Source: a bacterium
Lineage (GTDB): Bacteria > Patescibacteriota > Saccharimonadia > Saccharimonadales > UBA4665
Reading direction: 5' to 3'
Assembly (NCBI GenBank): GCA_037134095.1
Contig: JBAXMV010000001.1
Coordinates: 1-37,676, forward strand
Length of the DNA: 37,676 nucleotides
Every line of letters starts with the position of its first letter. Position 1 is the first letter of the stretch. This document shows positions 25,159 through 35,167 of the stretch, one piece after another. The position numbers were made by a program, and so were the translations under genes. Under the pieces are notes generated by a model, which saw only the letters and a list, made by a program, of their open reading frames with translations, was not told where the DNA came from and made no database searches.

Positions 25159-25728
25159 ATGAATCTGACAGAAAATATCGACAAAGCAATTCGAATAAGC
25201 GCTAGAGCACATCAAAAACAAAGCAGGAAGGGCTCTAATACGCCTTATATAGTGCATCCTTTTGCAGTAATGTGCATTGCGAGCCAGTTTACGGACGACG
25301 AGAGCACCTTAATCGCTTGCTTGCTACACGATGTGATTGAAGATGTCTCCGAGGAATACAGTCAGCGAGCCATGGTAAATGATTTTGGCCAACATGTGGT
25401 AGATATAGTAATTGGTGTCACAAAACAACCTGATATGGGTGATTGGCACGCAACTTGCGAAGCCTATCTAACAAATCTAGAAACAAATGCACCTGTTGAA
25501 TCTGCTGTCGTATCAGTTGCCGACAAAATACATAATATAATGTCTATCCTAGAAGATTATCAAACACAGGGTGAAAAAATTTGGGATATATTTTCGGAAG
25601 ACAAACAATCACAACTATGGTGGTTCAAATCAACCAGAGAAGTTGCTGGCAAAATGATACCTGAAAACAAAATATTAGATCTTTTTGACGAATATATTGC
25701 CAAAATCGAAAACATTATAAATCGATAA
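25159..25728 (+). CDS. HD-domain protein, RelA/SpoT-type (p)ppGpp hydrolase-like (small alarmone hydrolase candidate)
   Basis: It has the metal-binding pattern YIVHPFAV...LLHDVIEDV...VADKIHN, is 189 aa long and has no synthetase domain. Confidence 0.7.
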   Translation: MNLTENIDKAIRISARAHQKQSRKGSNTPYIVHPFAVMCIASQFTDDESTLIACLLHDVIEDVSEEYSQRAMVNDFGQHVVDIVIGVTKQPDMGDWHATCEAYLTNLETNAPVESAVVSVADKIHNIMSILEDYQTQGEKIWDIFSEDKQSQLWWFKSTREVAGKMIPENKILDLFDEYIAKIENIINR

Positions 25729-25729
25729 T

Positions 25730-26656
25730 TTATAACTTACTCAAACGATCGCGTAAATCCTGAGGCAAAATTTCGGCAGCCGCTTTCTCGTCGGCGATTA
25801 CGCTAGGAGCATGCATTTTTGCATCTATCTTAATGTGCAGTACATCTTTGTATATTTCCGATAAATGCTTCTCCACTTTGTTGTTGTCAAAAAAGTGATC
25901 TTCACTGACACCAACGTGCCATACAGGTAGATCCACTTTGACCTTGCTATTTTTGAGGGTAAGTATGGCTACTGTTGTGTAACACCAAGTACGAACATCA
26001 TTGATATGCCACAAGGTAACCTCGGCAGCTTTAATGGCATCAATCTCTTGCTTGGATCCGGCTTCCTTAAATTTATTTTTAGCATTATGCGTTTTACCAT
26101 AAAATGCATTCAAAAATAGTGGGTGAAGGGCGATATGCCTAAATATTATAGAAGGTACTTTATGAGACAAAATACGTGTCGCTTGTATATACACTTGTTT
26201 GCGCACAGGGCTTAGAGTGAAGTCTTCTTGATTTACAAATCCAACAATACTAACAACTATCTTAATCTGTTTGTGCAATTCGGGGTGTCTTTGGAGCATT
26301 CGAGTACTCACTGCAAAGCCAAAGCTCATACCGGCTATCGTAATCTCTTCGTCTTTGAAGTGTTTTTTTATAAATTTGGCTAAGTAATCAGCCATGTTAT
26401 CTATATTCGGCTTTTTGCCAATTTTGTAGAAACTATCCATTCCGCCGAAACCTGGTAAATCTGGCATCGTAACAGAACCATAATTACTAAGAGCCAGCAT
26501 CAATCCCCACCATCGTTCGATACTTGAATGATGGCCATAAATAAAAAGAAGTTTATTTTTAGAAGCACTCTTTGCTGGTAGATCCAACACTCTACCGTTC
26601 ATTCCATCAATATTTATATTAGAAATGTATTTTTCGGGGATATCAATATTATCCAT
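25730..26656 (-). CDS. Alpha/beta-fold hydrolase, paralogue of 7697..8632
   Basis: It has LFIYGHH, ERWWGL, VTMPDLPGFGGMDSF and the nucleophile elbow GMSFG. It is collinear with the other copy, with roughly 40% identity by eye. Confidence 0.7.
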   Translation of the reverse strand: MDNIDIPEKYISNINIDGMNGRVLDLPAKSASKNKLLFIYGHHSSIERWWGLMLALSNYGSVTMPDLPGFGGMDSFYKIGKKPNIDNMADYLAKFIKKHFKDEEITIAGMSFGFAVSTRMLQRHPELHKQIKIVVSIVGFVNQEDFTLSPVRKQVYIQATRILSHKVPSIIFRHIALHPLFLNAFYGKTHNAKNKFKEAGSKQEIDAIKAAEVTLWHINDVRTWCYTTVAILTLKNSKVKVDLPVWHVGVSEDHFFDNNKVEKHLSEIYKDVLHIKIDAKMHAPSVIADEKAAAEILPQDLRDRLSKL

Positions 26657-26661
26657 ACAAC

Positions 26662-27315
26662 TTATGCTCCCAAAATACTTACTGACCTAGCAATAACTAG
26701 TGCGAGCGTAAAAACAGATACAACTGATTGGGCAGCCATGAGATATTTGGCTTGTCTGGTTATGGGCCTGCAGTCCGCTGGCGCAAAATTAAGAGCATTA
26801 GTTACAGAAAGGTATAAATAATCACCAAACTCTGGTGACCAGTTAGGGAATTCTGATTTCATGTCTTGTTGCGTAAATTGAAAATCTTTATCATGTTTTG
26901 ACCATCTTTTACCGCTGAGTCCTGGGCTATCAATTTCCCAGTACCACAAACAGAAGACGATTATATTAGTAAAGAAAATAACAACGGCAGAAGCAAGTAA
27001 CTGTTTGCCGTCAGTTATCTTGTTTTCCACAATTAATGCCTTCAAGACAGCAGACAGAGCAATAATATTAGCTACAGTCAGAATAGCCAAAAACACCACT
27101 GACACATTATGATCTAATGCTCGAGCTTGGCTCTTACGAGAAGTGGCCAACAAGCCCAAAACGGCTGCTAAAAATACTTCTACTGCGATAATTGTGTAAT
27201 GTGCCTGGGGTAACAAAGTATTACTAATTCTCGCAGCAGCTACTTGCAAAGCTATTGCAATAAATAGAGTAGCCTGGGCTTGAATTAATTCTGTATTTTT
27301 TATTCTACGCTGCAT
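26662..27315 (-). CDS. Membrane protein, DUF1345-like
   Basis: It has 4-5 TM helices and a C-terminal segment GDYLYLSVTNALNFAPADCRPITRQAKYLMAAQSVVS resembling the DUF1345 conserved region. The assignment is from memory of the family pattern. Confidence 0.45.
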   Translation of the reverse strand: MQRRIKNTELIQAQATLFIAIALQVAAARISNTLLPQAHYTIIAVEVFLAAVLGLLATSRKSQARALDHNVSVVFLAILTVANIIALSAVLKALIVENKITDGKQLLASAVVIFFTNIIVFCLWYWEIDSPGLSGKRWSKHDKDFQFTQQDMKSEFPNWSPEFGDYLYLSVTNALNFAPADCRPITRQAKYLMAAQSVVSVFTLALVIARSVSILGA

Positions 27316-27362
27316 AATTGTTAAGTTTACGCGTCAATGACAAATTTTGCTATAGTATTAAT

Positions 27363-28433
27363 ATGTCTCAGCTCAACATAAATATTGACCAAAAAAAAGC
27401 ACTGAGTATTACTCTGGCAGTCATGTTGGTAATTGGCTTTTTGTTCCTAAAACCATATTTTACAATTATTATTTTTGCCGGAATCATTGCTTTCTTGTAC
27501 GGACCTTTTTATGATAAGCAGCTCAATCGAACTAGTAGCAAAGGCAAAGCCACCCGAAGAACCTTAGTTTATATCGCAATAAGCTTGATTATCCCGATTT
27601 CCATCATAATTTATGTTTGCTACTTACAGGCAAATCAAATAGCACATCAAACAAATTTCTCTAACCTCAGCGATACTACTTCGCAATTAGTTGGTAAAAC
27701 TAATGACACCCTAGTAAAACTGAAAGTAGACTTCCGCATAGACTCTGAGCATATCCAAGCGGCAGCTGAAAAGGGCATCCGCAACTACGGTAGTAAAATA
27801 GTTTCATCAATACCGGGTTTATTTAGCAGTTTTGCTGAAGTATTTACTAAAATAATCATATTCCTCTATGTTTTGATAGCCTTGCTGCAAAATCGTAAAA
27901 AACTAGGACATACTCTGCGCGAAATAAGCCCTGTCGGTTCATCAATAACCGATACATATATCAAAAAGGCAGAATCTATGACCAAAGGCATGGTCAAAGG
28001 ACAATTCATAATAGCTTTCCTTCAAGGCTTAACGGATGCTAGCCTACTTGCTATTGCTGGGCTACCTCACCTATTCTTTTTCTTTTTGATATTCTTGACC
28101 GCAATATCAATTATTCCACTCGGTGGAGGAATAGTAGCGATTCCAATAGGCGTAATCATGATTGCAACTGGTCATGTGTGGCAAGGCTTGCTCGTAATAA
28201 TAGGCCATGTAGTAATTGTTACTAACATCGACAACGTGTTAAGACCAAAATTAGTACCAAAAGACGCCAAATTAAACGGCGCCCTAACTATACTCTCGGT
28301 ATTCGCCGGCATTAAGGTATTTGGCTTCTTAGGAATTGTGGTAGGACCGATAATTATGATCCTCATAACTACTACTGTAAATGTTTACTTACAAGTTTTT
28401 GACAAGAAATCAGCAACGAATATCGATTCCTAG
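27363..28433 (+). CDS. AI-2E family transporter (second copy)
   Basis: It is a polytopic permease with a layout like 4268..5389. I prefer the ATG at 27363 (MSQLNINIDQKK) over the listed TTG at 27318. Confidence 0.7.
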   Translation: MSQLNINIDQKKALSITLAVMLVIGFLFLKPYFTIIIFAGIIAFLYGPFYDKQLNRTSSKGKATRRTLVYIAISLIIPISIIIYVCYLQANQIAHQTNFSNLSDTTSQLVGKTNDTLVKLKVDFRIDSEHIQAAAEKGIRNYGSKIVSSIPGLFSSFAEVFTKIIIFLYVLIALLQNRKKLGHTLREISPVGSSITDTYIKKAESMTKGMVKGQFIIAFLQGLTDASLLAIAGLPHLFFFFLIFLTAISIIPLGGGIVAIPIGVIMIATGHVWQGLLVIIGHVVIVTNIDNVLRPKLVPKDAKLNGALTILSVFAGIKVFGFLGIVVGPIIMILITTTVNVYLQVFDKKSATNIDS

Positions 28434-28485
28434 AACGACAGTCTTAGGAAAAACATTGGCTACACTATATAATAGGTATTAACGG

Positions 28486-29292
28486 ATGAGTAAAACAATA
28501 ATAAAAGCTGATAAGCTAGTGAAAAAATTCGGTGATTTTGTCGCCGTGAACGAAATATCCTTCGAAGTTAAGCAAGGCGAGATTTTTGCATTCTTGGGAC
28601 CAAATGGTGCAGGCAAAAGCACCACTATCAAGATGCTCACAACCATGCTACATCCTACAAGTGGAATATTAGAAATGGCTGGCCATGACGTAACTACAGA
28701 ACGAGATTCTGCTAGAAAAACCTTTGGAATAGTTTTTCAGGATCCAAGTTTAGACGAAGAATTATCAGCATTCGAAAATATGGATCTACACGGTGTTCTA
28801 TACAGTATTCCTAAAAAAACTAGATATAAACGAATAGAAGAATTATTAAAGCTAGTTGAGCTATGGGATCGCAAAGACACTATGATCAAAACTTTTTCTG
28901 GTGGTATGAGACGCAGACTAGAAATTGCACGAGGACTTTTACATGAACCAAAGATTCTTTTTCTAGATGAGCCAACGCTTGGATTAGACACACAAACCCG
29001 TAATTTAATGTGGGAATATGTTCGCAAACTCAGTAACGAAAAAGGTATGACAATATTCTTTACTACTCATTACCTTGAAGAAGCAGAAGATATTGCTCAA
29101 AAAATCGCTATTATCGATAACGGTAAGATCATTGCCAGAGGTACAACCAAGGAACTGTGCAAAGAAACCAAAACTGAAACCCTAGAAGAAGCTTATTTGA
29201 AGCTCACCGGTAAAACTACTCGTGACGAATCAAGCGCCGACAATAATGGTCTCAATTTTAAGACGGCAATGAGAAACAGGAATCTAAGGTAA
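28486..29292 (+). CDS. ABC transporter ATP-binding protein (ABC-2/DrrA-like exporter type)
   Basis: It has Walker A GPNGAGKST, the signature FSGGMRRRL and Walker B ILFLDEPT. Confidence 0.9.
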   Translation: MSKTIIKADKLVKKFGDFVAVNEISFEVKQGEIFAFLGPNGAGKSTTIKMLTTMLHPTSGILEMAGHDVTTERDSARKTFGIVFQDPSLDEELSAFENMDLHGVLYSIPKKTRYKRIEELLKLVELWDRKDTMIKTFSGGMRRRLEIARGLLHEPKILFLDEPTLGLDTQTRNLMWEYVRKLSNEKGMTIFFTTHYLEEAEDIAQKIAIIDNGKIIARGTTKELCKETKTETLEEAYLKLTGKTTRDESSADNNGLNFKTAMRNRNLR

Positions 29293-29295
29293 CTC

Positions 29296-30042
29296 ATGGA
29301 AATAATTTACGCACTTTGGCTCAGACAAGTTAGACGCTACACCAGGAGTAGCTCTAGACTAATAGGTACTCTTGGGCAACCGCTGTTGCTGCTCTTAGCC
29401 CTTGGCTATGGCATCGGTGCGATCTATCGCAAAGCCGGTGAAGGCGACTATTTGGCCTTTTTAGTGCCCGGCATAATAGCGCAAACTGTATTACTATCAG
29501 GAATATTTTGGGGCTTGATCATACTGCAAGACAAAAGGTTTGGATTCTTAAGCGAACTACTGGTAACACCTGTTTCAAGGATTAAAATTCTGCTCGGGAG
29601 TGCTCTAGGTGGATCAACTATATCTATTATTCAAGGAATACTTATATTTATAATATCAATGGCACTTGGATTTAGACCTTATGATTGGATTCTAGTGCTA
29701 CCGGCATTGCTAATACTAATAGTAATGAGCATATCTTTGACAAGCTTAGGTGCTGGCATAGCTTCTATGGTAAACGATTTCCAAGGTTTTCAAGGTATCA
29801 ACAATCTACTAATAACACCTTTATTCTTCCTCTCCAGTGCGCTGTATCCGCTAAATAATGTACCTAAGCCATTAGCCATAATTAGCTCATGTAATCCTAT
29901 ATCCTACATGGTAGATGCCATGCGATTCTTCTTATCAAACACAACTCATTTTGGCATTCAAAAAGATCTGATCGTGATCACTATCACTATGGTGTTAACT
30001 ATAACTTTTGCAGTCGATCGTTTCAATAAGATTGAAATGTAA
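29296..30042 (+). CDS. ABC-2 type transporter permease
   Basis: This 6-TM protein lies directly downstream (3-nt gap) of the ABC ATPase, with the typical ABC-2 size of 248 aa. Confidence 0.8.
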   Translation: MEIIYALWLRQVRRYTRSSSRLIGTLGQPLLLLLALGYGIGAIYRKAGEGDYLAFLVPGIIAQTVLLSGIFWGLIILQDKRFGFLSELLVTPVSRIKILLGSALGGSTISIIQGILIFIISMALGFRPYDWILVLPALLILIVMSISLTSLGAGIASMVNDFQGFQGINNLLITPLFFLSSALYPLNNVPKPLAIISSCNPISYMVDAMRFFLSNTTHFGIQKDLIVITITMVLTITFAVDRFNKIEM

Positions 30043-30044
30043 AA

Positions 30045-31001
30045 TTAGTTCATTTTGAACTTAATCAAACCTTTGTTCTGAACATACACAAAAGCACCTG
30101 CGCCAATAAGCAAAACAAACCAAAAACTAATAAGCCTATACAAAATAACTGCCGCAAAAGCAGTGGTTGCTGGCATACCGAGTGCTACAAAACCTGCCAC
30201 CATGCCGGCTTCAATAGCGCCTAGTCCTCCTGGTGTTGGAACACTTGATCCAAGCCCTATTCCAAATGAATAAACAATTACAACTACTGTTAATGCTACG
30301 CTTCCACCAACTGCATAGACGCACGCGTACAATCCTAGAAAGTTGAGTATTGATAGAAACGATGAACTACCTAGAGCATAGAGAAGTTTTGAAGGGTTAG
30401 ATTTATATATACTTATTTGTTTTATAACGTCTTTATAGGCTTTTGCTAATTTCTTGCGCCTACTAGCGTTACTCATAAAATAAAGTAAAACTAGTAATCC
30501 TGGCAAAAAAATCAATAAATAAATCCAATTAGCGTGGAATATTGAGTTTTTGGGAATTGAAAAACCCGTTATCAAAATAACCGAGGTTATTATTAAAGTA
30601 TTGCCTACAAATCCTATAAGATTGTTGAGACTAACAACAGTAGCAGCTTGCACATTAGTATGTTTCATCTTTTTCAAATACCCAAAAGACACGCCGATAG
30701 CACCGATGCCTGCAGGCAAGATTCGGTTGATAAACATAGCAGCAAATTGGATGACAGATGCCTGGAAATATTTTATTTTTTTGATTGCTAAGAAATAATA
30801 AGTTGCAGCAGCCATAAAATAGGTTCCTAACGAAAATACTAAAGCCAAGCCAGCATACTGCAACTTAACATTATTAAGTTTATTGAGTGAAGAAGTAAAT
30901 GAATCCAACTGAGGTAGAGTAACCACACTAACAGCCAATATTACAAATAAAACTATGTTCTCTTTCCTGAAAAATAGAGATTTCAGCATTTGCTTGGACA
31001 T
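30045..31001 (-). CDS. Flippase-like membrane protein (UPF0104 / lysyl-phosphatidylglycerol synthase TM-region family)
   Basis: It is a polytopic protein with the characteristic FINRILPAGIGAIG and PTPGGLGAIEAGMVAG motifs. Confidence 0.65.
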   Translation of the reverse strand: MSKQMLKSLFFRKENIVLFVILAVSVVTLPQLDSFTSSLNKLNNVKLQYAGLALVFSLGTYFMAAATYYFLAIKKIKYFQASVIQFAAMFINRILPAGIGAIGVSFGYLKKMKHTNVQAATVVSLNNLIGFVGNTLIITSVILITGFSIPKNSIFHANWIYLLIFLPGLLVLLYFMSNASRRKKLAKAYKDVIKQISIYKSNPSKLLYALGSSSFLSILNFLGLYACVYAVGGSVALTVVVIVYSFGIGLGSSVPTPGGLGAIEAGMVAGFVALGMPATTAFAAVILYRLISFWFVLLIGAGAFVYVQNKGLIKFKMN

Positions 31002-31004
31002 ATA

Positions 31005-32600
31005 TTAATTACTCGTTGACGATGGGGTTTTTGGGATCTTGTCAGCTCCTACTACGATTATGAAATCAGCGTCATAAAGTCCCAAGTAGGGGTTGGTAGT
31101 GGTGTAATGATATCCATAATCCTTACCGAGTAAACTTCGAGTGGCAGGCATTTTACCTTTTGAAAGATCTATAACGGACGATACTGCTTGAGCTGTGCCA
31201 GCATCGCCCACTTTAATTACACGAATTTTTTGTTTACTGAGATTATTTTTTTGCAAAGTTCCTAGGCCATCTGTATCCGTACCATTGAGTACCACAACTC
31301 TTGCTCCTTCTTGAACGATCGGATTACTTGAACTTTGCTGCAAGATGAATGACTGTATTGCGCTGTAGTCGTCTATACCTGCTGCAGGTATCAAGGTGGA
31401 CTGTCCACCCGGTGCAGTATAACTCTTCAGTAAATCAACACCGTTGGCATTATTGAGACTTAAAGATTTGATATTATTGGAGTCAATTTTTTTGACAATT
31501 GTATATAGTCTTTTCACTTGAGCAGCTTTGAGGTCTGTCTGAACATTTTTGCCTACGACATCTGATAAATCGGCTAATTTAGCTGGATTTGCCAACACAC
31601 TACTAGAAGTTGCTTTGTTCTTAAGTGCAACGAGCATCATGCGTTGATTAGCGGTACGATCGAAATCACTAGCAGGGAAACCATATGAATTATAGGAGTC
31701 ACCTCGTGCGCGTGCCAAATTCAAGGCTTGTTGACCAGTCAAATGATGAGGGCCGTTGGTTAGCTTCACCAGAGGTTTACGAGTGGACCAATCAATATTA
31801 GGATCATAGAGGCCTCTAGGGTCTTTGCTGTTGATAACAACGTCTATACCACCTACGGAATCTACAGACTCCTTGAGGGCATTGTAGTTAACCAGGGCGT
31901 AGTAATTAATATCAATACCTAAGTTTTTTTCTAGAACTTGTTCTAGCTGGCCCATTCCACCTCTAGGCAGTCCGGGGCTATAAAAATTATTTTGCTCACC
32001 AACTACATATGCGGAATTAATCTTGCCGTAGCCACTTTTACCGATATCAACGTACAGATCTCTAGGTATACTGAGCATATAGGCTTTATTGTTCTTGGTA
32101 TCAATACTAAGAATCATAATAGAATCTGTTAACTGAGCGCCGTTATGGCCTGCATCGTCTGATGAATTACCAGCAAGCAGTATGTTTACGCGACCACTGT
32201 CTTCACCTTTGAGCTTGGTATTACTGAGGAATCCAAATATGCTGCCGCCGAATACTTTGTGAGCATTATACAAAAATCTACCACCAAACCAAATGAAAGC
32301 TATCAGAATTAGTGCAGTTAGGAATATAGCAGTTCTTTTCAGTGTAATAGAATCCTTGATGCGCTGGAACCTACTTTTACGTACATTTAGTGGTGGAGAG
32401 AAGTTTCTGCTTTTCATATTAACTTTTGGATCCTTATAGCTACTCAGAGTCATACCAATGCTCGGAAATTTGTCGGCTTGTTGCTTAGCAGTAACAGCGT
32501 CTTTACGTGGCTGGGGATTGCCCCCAATCGATGATTTGGTGTTGCGTGGTTGTTTTGGTTTCATGCAAAGTTGCTTATTATTATACCTGAATTCACTCAT
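31005..32600 (-). CDS. LCP (LytR-CpsA-Psr) family cell-wall glycopolymer ligase
   Basis: It has an N-terminal TM anchor, then NILLAGNSSDD...LTDSIMILSID...SIPRDLYV. A long C-terminal extension (LytR_C-like) follows. Confidence 0.8.
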   Translation of the reverse strand: MSEFRYNNKQLCMKPKQPRNTKSSIGGNPQPRKDAVTAKQQADKFPSIGMTLSSYKDPKVNMKSRNFSPPLNVRKSRFQRIKDSITLKRTAIFLTALILIAFIWFGGRFLYNAHKVFGGSIFGFLSNTKLKGEDSGRVNILLAGNSSDDAGHNGAQLTDSIMILSIDTKNNKAYMLSIPRDLYVDIGKSGYGKINSAYVVGEQNNFYSPGLPRGGMGQLEQVLEKNLGIDINYYALVNYNALKESVDSVGGIDVVINSKDPRGLYDPNIDWSTRKPLVKLTNGPHHLTGQQALNLARARGDSYNSYGFPASDFDRTANQRMMLVALKNKATSSSVLANPAKLADLSDVVGKNVQTDLKAAQVKRLYTIVKKIDSNNIKSLSLNNANGVDLLKSYTAPGGQSTLIPAAGIDDYSAIQSFILQQSSSNPIVQEGARVVVLNGTDTDGLGTLQKNNLSKQKIRVIKVGDAGTAQAVSSVIDLSKGKMPATRSLLGKDYGYHYTTTNPYLGLYDADFIIVVGADKIPKTPSSTSN

Positions 32601-32656
32601 AAAACGCTAGTATTAATTAGTTGCTTAAGGTGTTAAACAGGTGCATCTGTAGTACT

Positions 32657-33610
32657 ATGAAAGGTATGAAATTAGTAATTCAGATTCCAGTACTTAATGA
32701 AGAAGCCACTTTGCCCCTGGTTCTAGAAAGCATACCTAAACAAATTGATGGCATAGACGACATAATAATCCTCGTTATAGATGATGGCTGCACCGACAAA
32801 ACGGTAGAAATAGCCAAAAAACACGGGGTTAAGCACTTCGTAAGACATAATAGCAACCAAGGACTAGGCAGATCTTTCCACGATGGCATACTAAAAGCCT
32901 TGGAACTAGGCGCAGATATAGTAGTTAACACCGATGGCGACAACCAATATCCGCAAGCGAAAATTCCTGAATTAATTGAACCAATAATCAAACATAAAGC
33001 TGATATCGTAGTTGCCGATAGGCAAACACACACCATAGAACACTTCTCGTGGGGCAAAAAGAAATTGCAAAAATTCGGAAGCAAAATTGTAAATCTCGCC
33101 GCTGGCACTGATCTGCCAGATGCGGTCAGTGGATTTAGAGCCTACAGTCGTGAATCTTTGATCAGGATTAACACTATAACTAGATTTAGCTACTGCACTG
33201 AAACAATCATCCAAGCAGGCAACAAAGGCTTAGCAATTGTAAGCATTCCAGTAGAAACGAACGCTAAATTGCGCGAATCAAGATTATTTAAATCAACCAC
33301 TGAACATGTCATTAAGTCGGCAGTTACTATTATTAGATCTTACGCAATGTATCGTCCTTACATGATTTTCGGCAGCATTGCTCTATTCTTAGGTGTTCTA
33401 GGCCTGATACCGTTTGCCAGGTTCATCATACTGAGCTTAGAAGACGGATCAACAGCTGGGCATCTCCAGTCCCTGTTAGTGGGCTCACTATTAATCACTG
33501 CGTCATTTTTATGTTTAGTGCTCAATATAATCGCCGATCTAATTCGCATCAACCGCATACTAATTGAAGATAACCTAGAAGCCACAAAAAGACTTAAATT
33601 CGATAAATAA
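32657..33610 (+). CDS. Glycosyltransferase family 2 (polyprenol-phosphate sugar synthase-like, with C-terminal TM helices)
   Basis: It has IPVLNEE, VIDDGCTD and the DxD motif NTDGDNQY, plus two C-terminal TM helices as in DPM/GtrB-type enzymes. I prefer the ATG at 32657 over the listed TTG at 32621. Confidence 0.8.
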   Translation: MKGMKLVIQIPVLNEEATLPLVLESIPKQIDGIDDIIILVIDDGCTDKTVEIAKKHGVKHFVRHNSNQGLGRSFHDGILKALELGADIVVNTDGDNQYPQAKIPELIEPIIKHKADIVVADRQTHTIEHFSWGKKKLQKFGSKIVNLAAGTDLPDAVSGFRAYSRESLIRINTITRFSYCTETIIQAGNKGLAIVSIPVETNAKLRESRLFKSTTEHVIKSAVTIIRSYAMYRPYMIFGSIALFLGVLGLIPFARFIILSLEDGSTAGHLQSLLVGSLLITASFLCLVLNIIADLIRINRILIEDNLEATKRLKFDK

Positions 33611-33611
33611 C

Positions 33612-35138
33612 TTAAACTTTTCTAAGAAATTCGGTAGGACTATTGTAGCCGGGAGTTATCGGACCAATATTTCGCTTAATAAATTGATTCACTGGAGTAG
33701 TAGGGGAATTTGACCAATACCATGTATTTTCACTTCGTAGAACATAGGTCAGTGCGCCACCTCCCCACATAAAACAAATCAACAAAGCAGTAGCAAATAA
33801 GTATTTAATAGTAACGAACTTTTTAAGAAACTGGTCGTAAGCCATAACAATTAACAGCATCAGCATAGGCAGAATAGGGTAGAGATAACGACCGTTTATA
33901 GCTACAGGTTGGTAAGTTTGCGTAAATAATTGATATTGGGTAAACCACAGAATTAAAACACTTAGTATAATAGTCAGAAGAAAAAGCTGAATAACTGATT
34001 TGCTGTATATTTTCCTGATTTTTCCGTAGTAAGCACATAAAACTGCCAAACCGCTAACAGTAAATACCGCACCAGCTATTGCTGGCCAATACAGGGGCCC
34101 TCTGGATTGGTAATCACTTATCTTCCCACCTACCGCAAAGAAATTACGCAACCACATGCCATAACCCCAGCGAGTAGAGTAAGCAATCGGATCGGTATTT
34201 ACGCCTGGGGTTTTATTTCTAGAAAAATTATAATCTCTAATCCAAGGTCCGTAATACTTGCAATTATCATAAGACAACACTTGAGCACAATCTGGGACAG
34301 GCGTATGATATTTTGCTACATTAACTCCGTAGCGTTCCACCATCAAAGCTGAAAATATTATAAGCAAAACTAACAATGTCCATTTGTGTATTGTCGTTGC
34401 ACTACGCCAACCCTTTTTAAAAGAATTGCTGACATTTTTAACAGATGAGTAATTAGATTTTAATTTAAATAAACAATAAATCACTACTGCCACAAATACG
34501 GGCAGGAATGCATACTTCACAAGGCTAGCAATCATACAAACAACTAGCAGCATCAGACCCCTGGCAACATTCATTGAATTATCTTTCATGGACCTGACAA
34601 ATGAAATAGTGAGCAACAGGGTTAGCGCCGTAAGTGGGAATATTAAATTATCGTAGTTAATTTGGGCTCCCAGAAGGGGAACTACCGGTATCAACACAAA
34701 TATCAGCAGTGTGTAGTGGACAATTGCTTTGGACGCACGGGTTTGAAGCAAAAGTTTTCTGAACAAATATAGTCCCGAAGCAAAAAGCGCAACATTGATA
34801 AACCGCAGTATCAAGATTTGGGCCGTTAAGTTATGAACCAGCTCTTTGATAATTAAATACAAAAAACCAAAGCCGTAATGATACAGATAGGATGGATCAC
34901 GAGTTAAAGCTCCGTAGGAGTTACCTGTAACAGGGTGTGACGACCAGAAAGGCACTAGATGCTGGGAGTACAAATTGATCAAGCCCAAATGAAAATCTTC
35001 ATCAAACGCCATAGGGTAATTACTGCTGAGGGCTATCCAACCAGCCTGGATAATAAATAGAATAATTATTCCCACAAAAAATTTATCGGATGAAACTAGT
35101 TTATTGATTGAACTTATAATTCTTTGTTTTCTGCTCAT
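33612..35138 (-). CDS. Large polytopic membrane protein, putative GT-C-fold glycosyltransferase
   Basis: It has more than 10 TM helices and an acidic first-loop motif AFDEDFHLG like GT-C (ArnT/PMT-type) enzymes. It is adjacent to the polyprenol-P sugar synthase-like GT2. Confidence 0.5.
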   Translation of the reverse strand: MSRKQRIISSINKLVSSDKFFVGIIILFIIQAGWIALSSNYPMAFDEDFHLGLINLYSQHLVPFWSSHPVTGNSYGALTRDPSYLYHYGFGFLYLIIKELVHNLTAQILILRFINVALFASGLYLFRKLLLQTRASKAIVHYTLLIFVLIPVVPLLGAQINYDNLIFPLTALTLLLTISFVRSMKDNSMNVARGLMLLVVCMIASLVKYAFLPVFVAVVIYCLFKLKSNYSSVKNVSNSFKKGWRSATTIHKWTLLVLLIIFSALMVERYGVNVAKYHTPVPDCAQVLSYDNCKYYGPWIRDYNFSRNKTPGVNTDPIAYSTRWGYGMWLRNFFAVGGKISDYQSRGPLYWPAIAGAVFTVSGLAVLCAYYGKIRKIYSKSVIQLFLLTIILSVLILWFTQYQLFTQTYQPVAINGRYLYPILPMLMLLIVMAYDQFLKKFVTIKYLFATALLICFMWGGGALTYVLRSENTWYWSNSPTTPVNQFIKRNIGPITPGYNSPTEFLRKV

Positions 35139-35167
35139 TTGTTCTATACCTTAGTATAATAGATTTT

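Noticed and set aside
4268-28433. A recent segmental duplication suggested by paired AI-2E transporters, alpha/beta hydrolases and UPF0104 proteins
   Set aside because: The copies are highly diverged at the protein level and not recognisably similar at the nucleotide level, and their order and orientation differ. They are old paralogues, not repeats.
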